A stretch of 64,000 nucleotides of DNA from an uncultured archaeon (lineage in GTDB: Archaea > Iainarchaeota > Iainarchaeia > Iainarchaeales > JAAZKV01). This document shows, piece after piece, positions 48,267 to 58,871 of the stretch. The position numbers and the translations under genes were made by a program. The stretch covers positions 22,558 through 86,557 of the forward strand of contig CAZOVD010000001.1 of the NCBI GenBank assembly GCA_964583285.1, read 5' to 3'. The notes under the pieces are model-generated. The model was not told where the DNA came from. It searched no databases and was given only the letters and a program-made list of their open reading frames with translations. Position 1 is the stretch's first letter. Every line of letters starts with the position of its first letter.

Positions 48267-50387
48267 ATGGAAATAAATTTAGAAGAACTTGAAAAACAAG
48301 AATCAAGCCCTTTTTCAGAAAAATTTGAAGAATTCTTTAATTTAGAATATAAAAAAGAAATTGAAAAAATTATTGAAGAATATCCTCAGGAAAGAAGTTT
48401 GGTAGTTGATTTTAAAGTACTTGAAAAATTTGATCCAATTTTAGCAGATGAATTAATTGAAAACCCTGACTCAATACTTGAAGCTGCAAATTCAGCAATA
48501 AAAGAAATTAACATTCCCTCACTTAATGTTGAAGAATTTAAACCACACATTAGATTTAATAACTTACCAAGAGATAGACAAGTAAACCTAAAAAATATCA
48601 GCTCAAACCACTTATCAAAAATGATTTGCGTTGAAGGACTTGTAAGACAAATAACTGATGTTTTACCAAAATTAAAAATGGCTACTTGGAAATGCAAACG
48701 ATGCGGAAATATTTATAGAACCCCACAAGAAAAACAACAAATACAAAAGCCAAATATGTGTGAATGTCACTCAAGAGAGTTTGATTTACTTGATGAAAAA
48801 AGTTCTTTTGAAGATTATCAAAAAATACAAATACAAGAACCTCTTGAAAAATTAAGAGGAAATGAACAAGCAGTTTATATTGATGCATATGTTAGTGATG
48901 ATTTAGTAAATAGAGTTAGTGCTGGAGATAAAACAAACTTTGTTGGAGTACTTAGACTTGTACCTCCGCAAAAAGACAAAAAACCAATTTATGGAAGATA
49001 CATAGAAGTTAATCACTTAGAAGAAACACAAAAAGAATTTAGCGAAATTGATGTTAATAAAGAAGAAGAAGAAAAAATAAAAAAACTTGCAAAAAGAGAT
49101 GACATTTTTGAAGTACTAACAAATAGTATTGCCCCATTAATTTATGGACATGATATTGTAAAACAATCAATAGTTTTACAGCTATTTGGAGGTGTAACAA
49201 AATATTTACCAAATGAACAAACAATAAGGGGCAACATACATATTTTGTTAGTTGGTGATCCTGGTTGTGGAAAATCACAACTTTTGCAAGCAACAACAAA
49301 TATTGCACCAAAAAGTATTTACATAAGTGGAAAAACAACTTCTGGAGTTGGACTTACTGCAAGTGCTGTTAAAGATGAATTTGGAGAAGGTGGGTGGACT
49401 CTTAAAGCTGGAGCACTAGTACTTGCGTCAGGCGGAATTTGCATGGCAGATGAACTTGATAAAATGGATCCACAAGATAGAAGTGCCTTGCACGAAGCAA
49501 TGGAACAAGGAATGATAAGTGTAGCAAAAGCAGGAATAATTTCAAGATTTAAATCAGACACTTCAATGCTTGCTGCTGCAAATCCAAAATTTTCTAGATT
49601 TGATAAATATCAATCACCACTTGAACAAATAGATTTACCACCATCATTAATTTCAAGATTTGATTTATTTTTTATGATAAAAGATATTCTTGATAGAACT
49701 CAAGACCAAAATATTGCAGAACACATTCTAAAAACACATCAAAGTGGAGAAAAATTAAGACAAGTAGCAAAACTTGGAAAAAAATTATCAAAAGAAGAAA
49801 AAGAAGAAATTGATGAAAGAACAAAGCCAATAATTGATTCAGAATTATTAAGAAAATATATTTCATATTGTAGACAAAAATGTTTTCCGGTTTTAAATGA
49901 AGATGCGATAAATGAAATAACTGATTTTTATGTAAGACTTCGTGATCAAGGAAGACAAGATGGAGCATATGCTGCAACAGCAAGACAACTTGAAGGGCTT
50001 GTAAGACTTGCAGAAGCAAATGCAAAAATAAGACTAAAAGATTCTGTAGAACTTGAAGACGCACAAAGAGCAATAAATCTTGTTAAAAGAAGTTTAGAAG
50101 AAACTGTAACTGATCCAGAAACTGGAAAAATTGATATTGATATAATTAATTCAGGAGTAACTAGTACAAAACAACACTCAATAAATATAACTTTAAAATT
50201 AATAAAAGATTTTGCAATTGAAATGGATATGGTTCCAGTAGAACAAGTATTAAGTGAAGGAATTGAAAAAGGGCTTGATGAAACTAAAATAAATTCAGCA
50301 ATAGAAGATTTGATTAAAAAGGGAGAAATTTATAGTCCACGACATGGATTTGTAAAACCTACAAAAAAGGATAAAAATTTTAGCTAA
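48267..50387 (+). CDS. mcm: MCM replicative helicase
   Basis: N-terminal Zn finger (CKRCGN...CECHS), AAA+ Walker A ILLVGDPGCGKSQLL, Walker B CMADELDKMD, arginine finger SRFDL, C-terminal wH. No intein. Confidence 0.9.
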   Translation: MEINLEELEKQESSPFSEKFEEFFNLEYKKEIEKIIEEYPQERSLVVDFKVLEKFDPILADELIENPDSILEAANSAIKEINIPSLNVEEFKPHIRFNNLPRDRQVNLKNISSNHLSKMICVEGLVRQITDVLPKLKMATWKCKRCGNIYRTPQEKQQIQKPNMCECHSREFDLLDEKSSFEDYQKIQIQEPLEKLRGNEQAVYIDAYVSDDLVNRVSAGDKTNFVGVLRLVPPQKDKKPIYGRYIEVNHLEETQKEFSEIDVNKEEEEKIKKLAKRDDIFEVLTNSIAPLIYGHDIVKQSIVLQLFGGVTKYLPNEQTIRGNIHILLVGDPGCGKSQLLQATTNIAPKSIYISGKTTSGVGLTASAVKDEFGEGGWTLKAGALVLASGGICMADELDKMDPQDRSALHEAMEQGMISVAKAGIISRFKSDTSMLAAANPKFSRFDKYQSPLEQIDLPPSLISRFDLFFMIKDILDRTQDQNIAEHILKTHQSGEKLRQVAKLGKKLSKEEKEEIDERTKPIIDSELLRKYISYCRQKCFPVLNEDAINEITDFYVRLRDQGRQDGAYAATARQLEGLVRLAEANAKIRLKDSVELEDAQRAINLVKRSLEETVTDPETGKIDIDIINSGVTSTKQHSINITLKLIKDFAIEMDMVPVEQVLSEGIEKGLDETKINSAIEDLIKKGEIYSPRHGFVKPTKKDKNFS

Positions 50388-50439
50388 ATTTACTAACAAA
50401 AAGCAATGTAATAAAAAAAGGAAATAACATTATTAATCT

Positions 50440-51282
50440 ATGAAAACAGAACTAAAAGAAAGTGAAAATAAGAAAAACTCACAAGTTTTTTTATTACTTG
50501 CAATATTTTTCATTATAACCCAATCAATTGGATTATTTGTAACTAGTACTTTAATTTCTTTAAATGTAGAGGCAAAACTTTTCACAGAAGATGTTAATGA
50601 TCCGATTAATGCAATATATCTTTTTTTAGTAATACTTTTAATGACTGGAATAATTCTTTTAATATTAAAATTTAGAAAGCAAAATAGTTTCTTGTGGATT
50701 ATTGAAGGCCTTGCAGTACTTTCAACATCTTTAATAGTATTTAGTGCAGTTTTTCCAAACAATGATTTAATTGCAATAGCATTAACATTAATTATTTTTG
50801 TTCTAAGATACACAAACAGAGAAAATGTTTTAATTAGAAATATTGTAAGTGTAATTGCAATTAGTGGTGCTGGAGCAATGGTTGGAATTTCAATTGGATT
50901 AGTACCTGTTTTAGTGTTTATTTTTATTTTAGCAATTTATGATTTAGTAGCCGTGTTTGGAACAAAACATATGGTGTCACTTGGAAAGGCAGTGTCAAAA
51001 AATAATTTTGCATTTACTATCTCAATGCCAACAAAACAACATAAATTTGAACTTGGAAATGGCGATTTAGTAATTCCGCTTGTTACTGCAAGTAGTATAA
51101 TTGCGAGTGGTTGGTTTAATAATAATTATTTAGTTAGTGGGTTTGTATTAATTAGTAGTTTTATTGGACTTGTTATTGCAATTCACATAGTTTCAAGTAA
51201 AAAAATTGCTTTGCCAGCACTACCCCCACAAGTGTTATTAATGATATTAGTAATAATAATTTCAACATTTATTGGTTTATAA
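50440..51282 (+). CDS. Presenilin/signal-peptide-peptidase family (A22) intramembrane aspartyl protease homolog
   Basis: 280 aa, about 8-9 TM helices. Catalytic YD motif (LAIYDLVAVF), GxGD motif (LGNGDLVIPL), PAL motif (ALPALPPQ) in the correct order and spacing. Confidence 0.7.
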   Translation: MKTELKESENKKNSQVFLLLAIFFIITQSIGLFVTSTLISLNVEAKLFTEDVNDPINAIYLFLVILLMTGIILLILKFRKQNSFLWIIEGLAVLSTSLIVFSAVFPNNDLIAIALTLIIFVLRYTNRENVLIRNIVSVIAISGAGAMVGISIGLVPVLVFIFILAIYDLVAVFGTKHMVSLGKAVSKNNFAFTISMPTKQHKFELGNGDLVIPLVTASSIIASGWFNNNYLVSGFVLISSFIGLVIAIHIVSSKKIALPALPPQVLLMILVIIISTFIGL

Positions 51283-51283
51283 A

Positions 51284-51871
51284 ATGACTAGAAAATATAA
51301 TATACTTAATTTAGGTTCTGGAAATAGACATTTAGAAGCTAAACATAAATTTGGAAGAAAACAAAATACTTTTGTAGAACCATTTTGGTATCAATTAAGA
51401 GTATTTGAGAGATTAAGACTAGCATTTAGAAATAGTGAGCTTTCAACTTTAACAGCCCATGAATTTTTAGATAAAGCAATTAAACAAAAAAGAACTTATA
51501 AAAAAATAGAAATTCATATGCCTCTTGGAGGAATAGTTAGCAAAAAAATGGATTTTTTTGGACTTTGTAGAAAAATGCACACTGTTTTAGAAAAAGGTGG
51601 ACAAGTAGAGATGTTAATTGATTTTCACTCAGAAGAATCAAAACATGGTTTTAATAAACTTGGAATTTTTACTGAAAATGATCCAAGAAAAGGTCCTTTT
51701 GAAGGATCATCTCAAATACCGGAAGATGTTTTACCAGCACTTGAAAAAAATGGTTTTTTTGTAAAAAAAATTATTGCATATCAAATTCCTGATTCAGTAA
51801 TAAACAAAAGTACAATTGCAAAAAATACAAATAAAGAAAGATTAACACTTTTAATTGCAACTAAAAAATAA
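51284..51871 (+). CDS. Hypothetical protein; possible SAM-methyltransferase-like N-terminus
   Basis: ILNLGSGN resembles MTase motif I but other motifs are not evident. Confidence 0.3.
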   Translation: MTRKYNILNLGSGNRHLEAKHKFGRKQNTFVEPFWYQLRVFERLRLAFRNSELSTLTAHEFLDKAIKQKRTYKKIEIHMPLGGIVSKKMDFFGLCRKMHTVLEKGGQVEMLIDFHSEESKHGFNKLGIFTENDPRKGPFEGSSQIPEDVLPALEKNGFFVKKIIAYQIPDSVINKSTIAKNTNKERLTLLIATKK

Positions 51872-51873
51872 AA

Positions 51874-52296
51874 TTATTTTATTTTTGATAAATCTTTATT
51901 GATAACTATTGGTTTAAATGCTTTTAATTCATCTTCAAAAATATTTTTTGGAATATTATTGTACAGAAATATTTTTTTATTTAGTTCCCAAGCTTTAAAA
52001 ATTTCAAGAAATGTTGCCCCGCCAATATAATTTTTTTGACCTTTTTTTTCTAAATTAATACATAAAACAGCATCAGACCATTTTACTTTTTCATCTTGAA
52101 GTTTAATCATATTTGCTTTCCAAGAAGAATGTGCAATAGGCTCTTCTTTTTTTATTCGCTCTTCTTCAAAAGGAGCATCAAAAGAATTAGGTAGTTTTGT
52201 TTCATGCCCAAGTAATTTGAGGGCATCACTTATTTTTGAAACTTTATGATAAAAATGTTTACTACAAATAATAAATATTTTCAATTTAAGCACCAA
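51874..52296 (-). CDS. Nucleoside 2-deoxyribosyltransferase-like (Rossmann-like) protein
   Basis: 140 aa; KIFIICS...LLGHETKLP...DAVLCINLE...IGGATFLEIFKAWELNKKIFLY resembles the NDT/YtoQ-like fold pattern. Confidence 0.4.
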   Translation of the reverse strand: MVLKLKIFIICSKHFYHKVSKISDALKLLGHETKLPNSFDAPFEEERIKKEEPIAHSSWKANMIKLQDEKVKWSDAVLCINLEKKGQKNYIGGATFLEIFKAWELNKKIFLYNNIPKNIFEDELKAFKPIVINKDLSKIK

Positions 52297-52792
52297 ATAA
52301 ATGAATCAAAAAAGTTATTCCAAAATAACCCGCGTATGCAAGAATTGTATATCTTGGAATTTTACCAATTAAGGTTCCAATAAAAAATTTTGATTTTGGA
52401 TATTTTGCAAGACCTGCGGCAATTCCAATTAAATCAAATGGAAGTGGAGTAAAAGAAAAAAATGCAATAAGAGGAATTCCAACATCTTGTAATTTTTCTT
52501 TTAAAATATTAAGATTTTTTATTTCTTTTTTTGACATTGATTCAAAACTTTTTATGCCAGCAAGACCAATAAAATAACCGCTAAATTCTCCAATGCTAGC
52601 ACCAATACCAACAATTATTCCAAGTATAAACGGAGTTAATATACCAAGTCCAAAAAAATCAATTGTTGAAACTGGGACAATGATTAAATCAACTGGAAGT
52701 GGTAAAAATAATGTTGCATTACCAATTATTGCAGCTATAAAAAGACCAATAGGACCTATTGAAATTAAAAAATTCATCAAGTCAGTTATCAT
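52286..52792 (-). CDS. DedA/Tvp38-family membrane protein
   Basis: NATLFLPLPVD and GEFSGYFIGLAG motifs. Start trimmed to M at 52792, because the track N-terminus (to 53149) lies antisense to aIF-2 beta and is low-complexity junk. Confidence 0.5.
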   Translation of the reverse strand: MITDLMNFLISIGPIGLFIAAIIGNATLFLPLPVDLIIVPVSTIDFFGLGILTPFILGIIVGIGASIGEFSGYFIGLAGIKSFESMSKKEIKNLNILKEKLQDVGIPLIAFFSFTPLPFDLIGIAAGLAKYPKSKFFIGTLIGKIPRYTILAYAGYFGITFLIHLFGA

Positions 52793-52877
52793 TAAAGAAG
52801 AATGCTTTATTAATATAAATAATTTTGTATTAACCAAAAAAATTGCCTTTATATACCTTTTGAAACAGCAAATTATT

Positions 52878-53288
52878 ATGGTATTAAAATATGAAGAAAT
52901 GCTTGATAGAGCATATTTAAGCATCCCAAAAGAAGCTTTAAAACATGAGAGATTTGTTATTCCAAAAGCAGATTCTATGATACAAGGAAAAAAAACTTTT
53001 GTTAAAGGATTTAGTAATCTTATAAAAGAAATGAGACGCGATAAAAAACATTTTTTAAAATATTTAACAAAAGAAACAGGAACTAGTGTTACTGAATCTG
53101 GGCAAAATATTAATATTAACGGAAAAATTGGGGCAATAAAATTAAACAAAATAATTGAAGATTATTTTACACAATTTGTACTCTGTAGTGAATGTAGTAA
53201 ACCAGACACAAAAATAATTTCACAAAATGGAATAAAATTTATGAAATGTGAAGCGTGCGGAGCAATAACTCCAGTAAAAGGTATTTAA
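52878..53288 (+). CDS. Translation initiation factor 2 beta subunit (aIF-2 beta)
   Basis: 136 aa from ATG 52878; C-terminal CSECSKPDTKII...CEACGA zinc ribbon, central helix-turn-helix domain. Confidence 0.8.
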   Translation: MVLKYEEMLDRAYLSIPKEALKHERFVIPKADSMIQGKKTFVKGFSNLIKEMRRDKKHFLKYLTKETGTSVTESGQNININGKIGAIKLNKIIEDYFTQFVLCSECSKPDTKIISQNGIKFMKCEACGAITPVKGI

Positions 53289-53298
53289 GAGTGATTAT

Positions 53299-53589
53299 TT
53301 GATTGCAAAAATACATGAAATACAAAACCACACATTACTTGCTATTTGTGATGATGAACTTCTTGGTAAAAAAATTGAAACAGAAAAAATAGAATTTAAT
53401 GTTTCAGAAAGATTTTATGGTGGAGATGAAATTAATGAAGAAGAATTAGTAAACTTATTTGAAAATTCTAATTCAATAAATGTTATTGGCAACAAAAGTG
53501 TTGAAATTCTTCAAAAAAAAGGTTTAATAAATGAAAGTTCGATAATTAACATTAGCAACATAAAACATGTTCAAATATATAAGGTATGA
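53299..53589 (+). CDS. Hypothetical conserved small protein (96 aa) between aIF-2 beta and aIF-1A
   Basis: No motif recognised; acidic; same strand and tight spacing suggest an operon. Confidence 0.35.
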   Translation: MIAKIHEIQNHTLLAICDDELLGKKIETEKIEFNVSERFYGGDEINEEELVNLFENSNSINVIGNKSVEILQKKGLINESSIINISNIKHVQIYKV

Positions 53590-53600
53590 GATGATTAAAA

Positions 53601-53966
53601 ATGGCAAATTTTAATTCACAAAAAAGAAAAAACACTATGAGTAAAACTAAAGGAAATGAAACTACTGAAAACGAAGAATTTGTTGGAAGAGTAAAAACTC
53701 CAAACAAAAATAATTTAGAACAATTAGCAGTAGTTGTTCAATTAATGGGTTCTGATCAAGTAAAAGTATTTTGTGAAGATGGGCAAGAAAGACAATTAAG
53801 AATCCCTGGAAAATTAAAAAAAAGAGTATGGCTTCGTGAAAATGATATTATAATTGCAAAACTTTGGGATTTTCAACCAAGCAAGGGAGATGTTACTTGG
53901 AGATATCTTGGAAATCAAATCACTTGGCTTAAAAAAAATGGTTACTTAGATAAATTACCAATTTAA
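53601..53966 (+). CDS. Translation initiation factor 1A (aIF-1A)
   Basis: S1/OB core GRVKTPNKNNLEQLAVVVQLMGSDQVKVFCEDGQERQLRIPGKLKKRVWLRENDIIIA. Confidence 0.8.
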   Translation: MANFNSQKRKNTMSKTKGNETTENEEFVGRVKTPNKNNLEQLAVVVQLMGSDQVKVFCEDGQERQLRIPGKLKKRVWLRENDIIIAKLWDFQPSKGDVTWRYLGNQITWLKKNGYLDKLPI

Positions 53967-54020
53967 CTAATTTTAAATAAATATTTAGCAAATTATTAAT
54001 TAATATAATTTAATAATAAA

Positions 54021-54794
54021 ATGATATTTATGAAAGATAAAAATGAACATAAGTTTGAAAGAACTGAAAATTACAAAGACAAATTAACAAAAAATAAAGA
54101 TGTTAGAAAAATATTTGACTCTGTTTTTGACAAAGCCACTATTGATACAATTTATCAACTTGCTAGAAAAAAATATTTTGACGAAATTGAATTTGTAATT
54201 GCAACTGGAAAAGAAGGAAATTTTTTTAGATGTAAGGCCGGTGATAATTTTGTTGGGCTTAAAATTTATAAAATAGAAACTAGCGATTTTAAACATATGG
54301 GAGATTATATTTTTGGCGATGAAAGATTTAAAGACATAAGAAAAGATAAATTAAGCATTATTGAAGCATGGACAAGAAAAGAATTTAGAAATTTAGAAGA
54401 TTTAACAAAAGCAAAAATTCGTGTACCACTCCCTATTGCGTTTAAACGAAATTGTCTTGTAATGGAATTTATTGGAGAAGATGGAATTGCTTCGCCAAAA
54501 GCAAAAAATAAAATATTTGAAAATATGCAAGAAAAATACGAACTTATTTGTAAATACTTATCAAAAATGGTTGAAAAAAGATTAGTGCATGGAGATTTAA
54601 GCGAATATAATATTTTAAACAAAAATGAAGAACTTGTAATTATTGATGTTGGACAAACAGTAACAACTATGCACCCAAACGCAGAAGAATTTTTTAAAAG
54701 AGACGTGTTAAATTTATCAAATTGGTTTAGAAAAAATGGTATTGATACTAATTTTGAAAAAATGTACCAAGATATAAAAAATTTAAAAAAATAA
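54021..54794 (+). CDS. rio1: RIO-type serine/threonine protein kinase (Rio1-like)
   Basis: ATP-binding loop region (IATGKEGNFFRC), catalytic loop LVHGDLSEYNIL, metal-binding IIDVGQ. Confidence 0.8.
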   Translation: MIFMKDKNEHKFERTENYKDKLTKNKDVRKIFDSVFDKATIDTIYQLARKKYFDEIEFVIATGKEGNFFRCKAGDNFVGLKIYKIETSDFKHMGDYIFGDERFKDIRKDKLSIIEAWTRKEFRNLEDLTKAKIRVPLPIAFKRNCLVMEFIGEDGIASPKAKNKIFENMQEKYELICKYLSKMVEKRLVHGDLSEYNILNKNEELVIIDVGQTVTTMHPNAEEFFKRDVLNLSNWFRKNGIDTNFEKMYQDIKNLKK

Positions 54795-54865
54795 TTAGAA
54801 ACTAATTTATTTATTAAAAAATAAACTAAATCATATTTATAATAGTTTATGAAGTTAAATACAAT

Positions 54866-55384
54866 ATGGAAGAAATAATAAAAGTACCAACTAAAAGAAT
54901 TGGAGCTTTAATTGGTCCTAGTGGAATAACTAAATCAAAAATTATGAGACTAACAAAAACTAAAATAGAAGTTGACTCTCATGAAGGAGATGTTATTATT
55001 ACAGGCGAAGGAGAAGAATTTTTTAAAGCAAGAGATGTAATAAAAGCAATTGCAAGAGGTTTTTCACCAGAAAGAGCTTTTACTTTATTAAAAGATGATT
55101 ATTTACTTTATGTTATTAATATACCTGATATTGTTGGAAATAATAATTCTAAACAAAAAGCAAAAAAAGGAAGAGTAATTGGAAGGGATGGCGCAGCTAG
55201 AATAGAAATAGAAAAAAGAACAAACTCATTAATTAGTGTTTATGGCAAAACTATATCTATTATATCAAGCCCTAGTAACTTAGAATCAGCAATAAATGCA
55301 GTAACTATGCTTCTTGATGGGGCAAAGCACGAAACTGTTGAGAATTTTTTAAATTATAAAGAAAAAACAAGGTTTGAACTTTAA
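54866..55384 (+). CDS. KH-domain RNA-binding protein (archaeal Dim2/Pno1-like)
   Basis: Two KH motifs (IGALIGPSGITKSKI; KGRVIGRDGAARIEIEK); conserved neighbourhood with Rio1 and aIF-1A. Confidence 0.7.
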   Translation: MEEIIKVPTKRIGALIGPSGITKSKIMRLTKTKIEVDSHEGDVIITGEGEEFFKARDVIKAIARGFSPERAFTLLKDDYLLYVINIPDIVGNNNSKQKAKKGRVIGRDGAARIEIEKRTNSLISVYGKTISIISSPSNLESAINAVTMLLDGAKHETVENFLNYKEKTRFEL

Positions 55385-55471
55385 AAATAACCTAAAAAAG
55401 GATTAGATTTAAATACTTTAGTAAATTTCATTCTATTAGGTTTTAAATTTAATAAAAAATAGTTGGTGAGC

Positions 55472-57169
55472 ATGGCTAAAGAAAAGGAACAAAATCAGGA
55501 TACTAATTATAGTGCAGGAACAAAAAAACTTGATTCTGAATTTAAAGAACATTCAGTTGCCGAATTTTTTAAGAAAAATAAGCAAATGCTAGGTTTTGTT
55601 GGAAAAATAAGAACATTAACCATGATAGTTCACGAATATGTTACAAATTCACTTGATGCTTGTGAAGAAGCTGGAATACTGCCAACAATTGATGTAAAAA
55701 TTGATGAACTTGGAAAAGAATATTATGAAATTACTGTAACTGATAATGGGCCTGGGATAAGCCAAGAAAATATTGGAAAAGCCTTTGGAAAATTACTTGC
55801 TGGAACAAAATTTCACAGACTTATTCAATCAAGAGGGCAACAAGGAATTGGTTGTAGTGGTTGTACTATGCTTTCACAAATGACTACTGGAAAGGCTAGT
55901 AAAATAATAACTGGAAGAAAAGGAAAAAAACCTATTTCTCTTGAAATTACAATTGATCCAAAACACAATGAACCAAAAATAACTAATTTTAAAGAACTTG
56001 AAAAAGATTTTACTGGAACTGCAGTTCAAGCAAAATTTAAAGACGCTGTTTATAGAGATAGTGAACAAGGTGTTCTTGAATATTTAAGAAGAACTGCAAT
56101 AGCTAATCCTCACGCAGAAATTAATTTTAGAGACCCAATGGGACAAAAATTCAAATTCAAAAGAACTACCAATAAAAATCCAGAGCTACCAAAAGAAGTA
56201 AAACCACACCCAAAAGGAGTTACTGTTGATGAAATTATTACTCTTGTAAAAACAACAAATGCAAGAACTGTTCAAAGTTTTATAACTAATGATTTTGATA
56301 GAACTGGTGCGAAATCGGTTGAAGAAGTTAAAAAAAGAGTTAATTTTGATTTAAATAAAGATCCAAAAAAAATAACTTGGGAAGAAGCTGAAGAAATAAT
56401 AAAAGCATTTAAACACATTGATTTTATTGCACCAACTATGGATGCACTAAGACCTATTGGTGAAGAACAAATAAAAAAATCACTAGAAAATATAGTAAAA
56501 CCAGAATTTTTAACAGTACTTACAAGAAAACCAACTGTTTATGCAGGAGGTTTTCCTTTCCAAGTAGAAATTGCAATAGCTTATGGTGGAGAAGCTGGAA
56601 GAAATGTTAATGAAGAGGGAAGAAAACTTGAAATAATGAGATTTGCAAATAGAGTTCCTTTGCCTTTTGATGCTGGAAACTGTGCATTAACACACGCTGT
56701 ACAAAGTATTGATTGGAAAAGATATAATATGAAAGATGCTGAAAATTCACCAATCACAATTTTTATTAATTTTATTTCAGTACACATACCATACACTGGT
56801 GCTGGAAAGCAAAGTGTTGCTGATGAAGATGAAGTACTTGAAGAATTAAGACTTGCATTAATGAATACTGGAAGACGTGCAGGAATATTTATTTCACATA
56901 AAAGAAAAGAAGCGGAAAATCAATTAAAAAGAAAAATGTTTTACAAATACATTCCAGAAATAGCAAGAGCACTAAAAGCAATAACAAATGCAAATGAAGA
57001 TAAAATAAAAGAAAATATGGAAAAATTAGTTCTTGAAAAATTAAAACTTGATGAAGCAAAAGACCAAGAAGAGCTTGCAAAACTTCAAGAACAAATGGAT
57101 AATGATTCAAAAAGCAGTACAGTTAAGGCAACTGATGAAAAAGCAAAAAAAAAGAAGAGTAAAAAATGA
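55472..57169 (+). CDS. top6B: DNA topoisomerase VI subunit B
   Basis: GHKL ATPase Bergerat fold (N-box [10 protein letters not shown]1 VTDNGPGI, G2 GQQGIG), transducer domain, Lys-rich C-terminal tail. ATG 55472 preferred over the TTG at 55463. Confidence 0.9.
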   Translation: MAKEKEQNQDTNYSAGTKKLDSEFKEHSVAEFFKKNKQMLGFVGKIRTLTMIVHEYVTNSLDACEEAGILPTIDVKIDELGKEYYEITVTDNGPGISQENIGKAFGKLLAGTKFHRLIQSRGQQGIGCSGCTMLSQMTTGKASKIITGRKGKKPISLEITIDPKHNEPKITNFKELEKDFTGTAVQAKFKDAVYRDSEQGVLEYLRRTAIANPHAEINFRDPMGQKFKFKRTTNKNPELPKEVKPHPKGVTVDEIITLVKTTNARTVQSFITNDFDRTGAKSVEEVKKRVNFDLNKDPKKITWEEAEEIIKAFKHIDFIAPTMDALRPIGEEQIKKSLENIVKPEFLTVLTRKPTVYAGGFPFQVEIAIAYGGEAGRNVNEEGRKLEIMRFANRVPLPFDAGNCALTHAVQSIDWKRYNMKDAENSPITIFINFISVHIPYTGAGKQSVADEDEVLEELRLALMNTGRRAGIFISHKRKEAENQLKRKMFYKYIPEIARALKAITNANEDKIKENMEKLVLEKLKLDEAKDQEELAKLQEQMDNDSKSSTVKATDEKAKKKKSKK

Positions 57170-57181
57170 GGATGATTTAAC

Positions 57182-58330
57182 ATGGCAGAAAGAAAAATGA
57201 AAAAACCAAAAAAAGATATTATTCGAAGAGAAATAGCCTCGTCAAAAGAAATAGGATCAAGAATTAAAAAAACTGCAGACGAAATGGTTAAAGAAATCAA
57301 CTCACATAAAGATCCAACTTTTACAACTCAACAAAGAGGAAAAAGTAATGTTGTTTGGGATGATGATAAAGGATACTTAGAACTTGGAGAAAAAACAATT
57401 ACTAGAAATTTTTTAAACGTTGCACATGCAAGAAAATTCATGCAAACAAGCATGATAATGTCAAAAGCTTATGATTATTTAAATCATAATAAAACTGCAA
57501 GTATCAGAGAAATTTATTACGAATTAAAACACACAATAGAAGGAACAAAAGAAAACACTTTTGAAGGACAAGATGAAAGTGACCCTATAATAGTTGATCT
57601 TGAACATAGTGTAAATACAATTAGAGAAAAATTAAATTTGCATGCAAATCCAAAAGGAACTTTATATGGAAATATAACTCTAAAAGATAAAATGCACTTT
57701 AATGATGTATTTAATGCCTCAAAACTTGGTAGGGGCGGATGGAGCATTATGTCAAGAGTTGAACCTGAAGAAATTGAAATAGTTGAAACTAATGCTGATT
57801 ATTTACTTGTTGTTGAAACTGAAGCAATGTTTGAAAGATTAATTGAAGAAGGATTTCCAAAAGACAATCACTGCTTATTAATTGGTGTTGGTGGACAAGC
57901 CGCAAGAGGAGCAAGAAGATTGATACATAGAATTCACAAGGAACTTGATTTACCAGTTTATGTATTTACAGATGGAGACCCATATGGATGGTATATTTAT
58001 TCAGTAATAAAACAAGGATCAATGGCGCTTGCTGCACACTCTGAATTTATGTCAGTACCTGACGCAAAATATATTGGAATGACTATTGATGATGTTAAAA
58101 CTTATAAACTTGAAAATGTAACTGAACAAATGAAAGAAGGAGATATTAAAAGAGCAAAAGAAATGCTTGAATATCCTTGGTTTCAAAATAAGGATTGGCA
58201 AGAACAATTAAAAAAAGCACTAACTCAAAAAATTAGAATAGAACAACAAGCACTTGCAAATAGAAGACTTGACTTTGTTGCAACACATTACTTGCCTGAA
58301 AAAATTAGCAAAAAAGATTTCTTACCATAG
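57182..58330 (+). CDS. top6A: DNA topoisomerase VI subunit A (Spo11 homolog)
   Basis: 382 aa; winged-helix catalytic Tyr region, Toprim motif (E...DGDPYG). Confidence 0.9.
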   Translation: MAERKMKKPKKDIIRREIASSKEIGSRIKKTADEMVKEINSHKDPTFTTQQRGKSNVVWDDDKGYLELGEKTITRNFLNVAHARKFMQTSMIMSKAYDYLNHNKTASIREIYYELKHTIEGTKENTFEGQDESDPIIVDLEHSVNTIREKLNLHANPKGTLYGNITLKDKMHFNDVFNASKLGRGGWSIMSRVEPEEIEIVETNADYLLVVETEAMFERLIEEGFPKDNHCLLIGVGGQAARGARRLIHRIHKELDLPVYVFTDGDPYGWYIYSVIKQGSMALAAHSEFMSVPDAKYIGMTIDDVKTYKLENVTEQMKEGDIKRAKEMLEYPWFQNKDWQEQLKKALTQKIRIEQQALANRRLDFVATHYLPEKISKKDFLP

Positions 58331-58332
58331 AA

Positions 58333-58812
58333 CTATTTTCTTTTAGGTTGATCACTTTTTGTTCGTCTAACAACAATATTACCAGTTTCACTTTCTACTT
58401 TTTTAATTGCTTCATTTAGTAAAAACCCAATGTTTTTTTTAGTCCCAGGACTAATTTTTTTTGATTTTAAGTATTCAATTAAATGATTTACTGATACACC
58501 TATTACTTCACCATTTTTATTTTTTAGCCCATACCTTTTAACATATTCAACAGCCACACTAAATCTTTTTATGTTTCTATCCCTTACTTTTGGACTTTTA
58601 ACTAATCTAACACTAGCAAATAACTTTGCATTACGTGCGTTAAATTCTTTATTAATTTCAATTACTCTTGATTTTGAAACACCAAAATGGTCTGCAATTT
58701 GAGATAAAGTTTGAAAACGTAAATCACTAGTATTTTTTAAAGCATTAACTATCCTAGTTTTTTTATTTGGATTATTTGATGCAAATTTTCCACTAACTCT
58801 TCTAATTGACAT
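58333..58812 (-). CDS. Hypothetical basic HTH-containing protein
   Basis: 159 aa; LSQIADHFGVSKSRVIEINKEF is a classic HTH; rest basic. Downstream, same strand, of the Mre11-like gene. Confidence 0.35.
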   Translation of the reverse strand: MSIRRVSGKFASNNPNKKTRIVNALKNTSDLRFQTLSQIADHFGVSKSRVIEINKEFNARNAKLFASVRLVKSPKVRDRNIKRFSVAVEYVKRYGLKNKNGEVIGVSVNHLIEYLKSKKISPGTKKNIGFLLNEAIKKVESETGNIVVRRTKSDQPKRK

Positions 58813-58871
58813 ACATAATTTATAAAAAAAAGAGTTATTAAATGAGTGTGAAAAAATAATTAATAGAAAAA

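Noticed and set aside
52793-53149. N-terminal 119 residues of the 287-aa DedA-like ORF and N-terminal 95 residues of the 231-aa ORF 52593-53288
   Set aside because: The two track ORFs overlap antisense. Motif-bearing parts are DedA 52286-52792 and aIF-2 beta 52878-53288; the remainder is non-conserved extension upstream of better in-frame ATG starts.
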